Part shown: positions 63,976 to 64,000 of the stretch, in pieces | How positions within the stretch are numbered: position 1 is the stretch's first letter | How the letters are laid out: every line of letters starts with the position of its first letter | Source: Octopus bimaculoides | Taxonomy: Eukaryota | Length of the DNA stretch: 64,000 nucleotides | Assembly (NCBI RefSeq): GCF_001194135.2 | Contig: NC_068984.1 | Coordinates: forward strand, 25,442,355 to 25,506,354 | Direction of reading: 5' to 3' | Program-made: the position numbers and the translations under genes | Notes under the pieces: model-generated | Seen by the model: the letters and a program-made list of their open reading frames with translations, nothing else | Database searches by the model: none | Told to the model about the DNA's origin: nothing

Positions 63976-64000
63976 TTTAATGTATCAACTAAGTGAATTG

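Overview
AT-rich, CpG-depleted eukaryotic DNA dense in microsatellites and SINEs. The repeat families look like those of an octopus genome (inference from recalled repeat sequences; no search was run). I can support one host coding exon, an 84-nt minus-strand exon at 42903-42986 with strong splice sites. It encodes (x)QGELSTCWYILLSGSVFIEGSMFLPRS(S), which matches the N-terminal cNMP-like domain of PDZ-GEF (RAPGEF2/RAPGEF6). I could not find either neighbouring conserved exon, so the window appears to be the inside of two very large introns. The rest is a layered transposon record: at least three tRNA-headed SINE architectures, RTE LINE fragments and many truncated RTE 3' ends carrying a hairpin minisatellite, a CR1/L2-type endonuclease relic, piggyBac-type (TTAA), mariner-type (TA) and hAT-type (8-bp TSD) MITEs, often nested, and a Helentron-type (HINE-like) element. 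The most unusual items are several short-range templated duplications, including an apparent intron-plus-RTE-tail chimera inside a MITE and a ~0.3-kb inverted duplication with a fold-back junction. Also notable are a triple-nested piggyBac MITE, a PHD-like finger embedded in an RTE reverse transcriptase, and many inverted repeats that could form dsRNA for ADAR in the pre-mRNA. I found no prokaryotic system, CRISPR array or intact RNA gene. Most ORFs in the supplied track are microsatellite or SINE artefacts. All alignments were done by eye, and repeat boundaries are approximate to about 10-20 bp.
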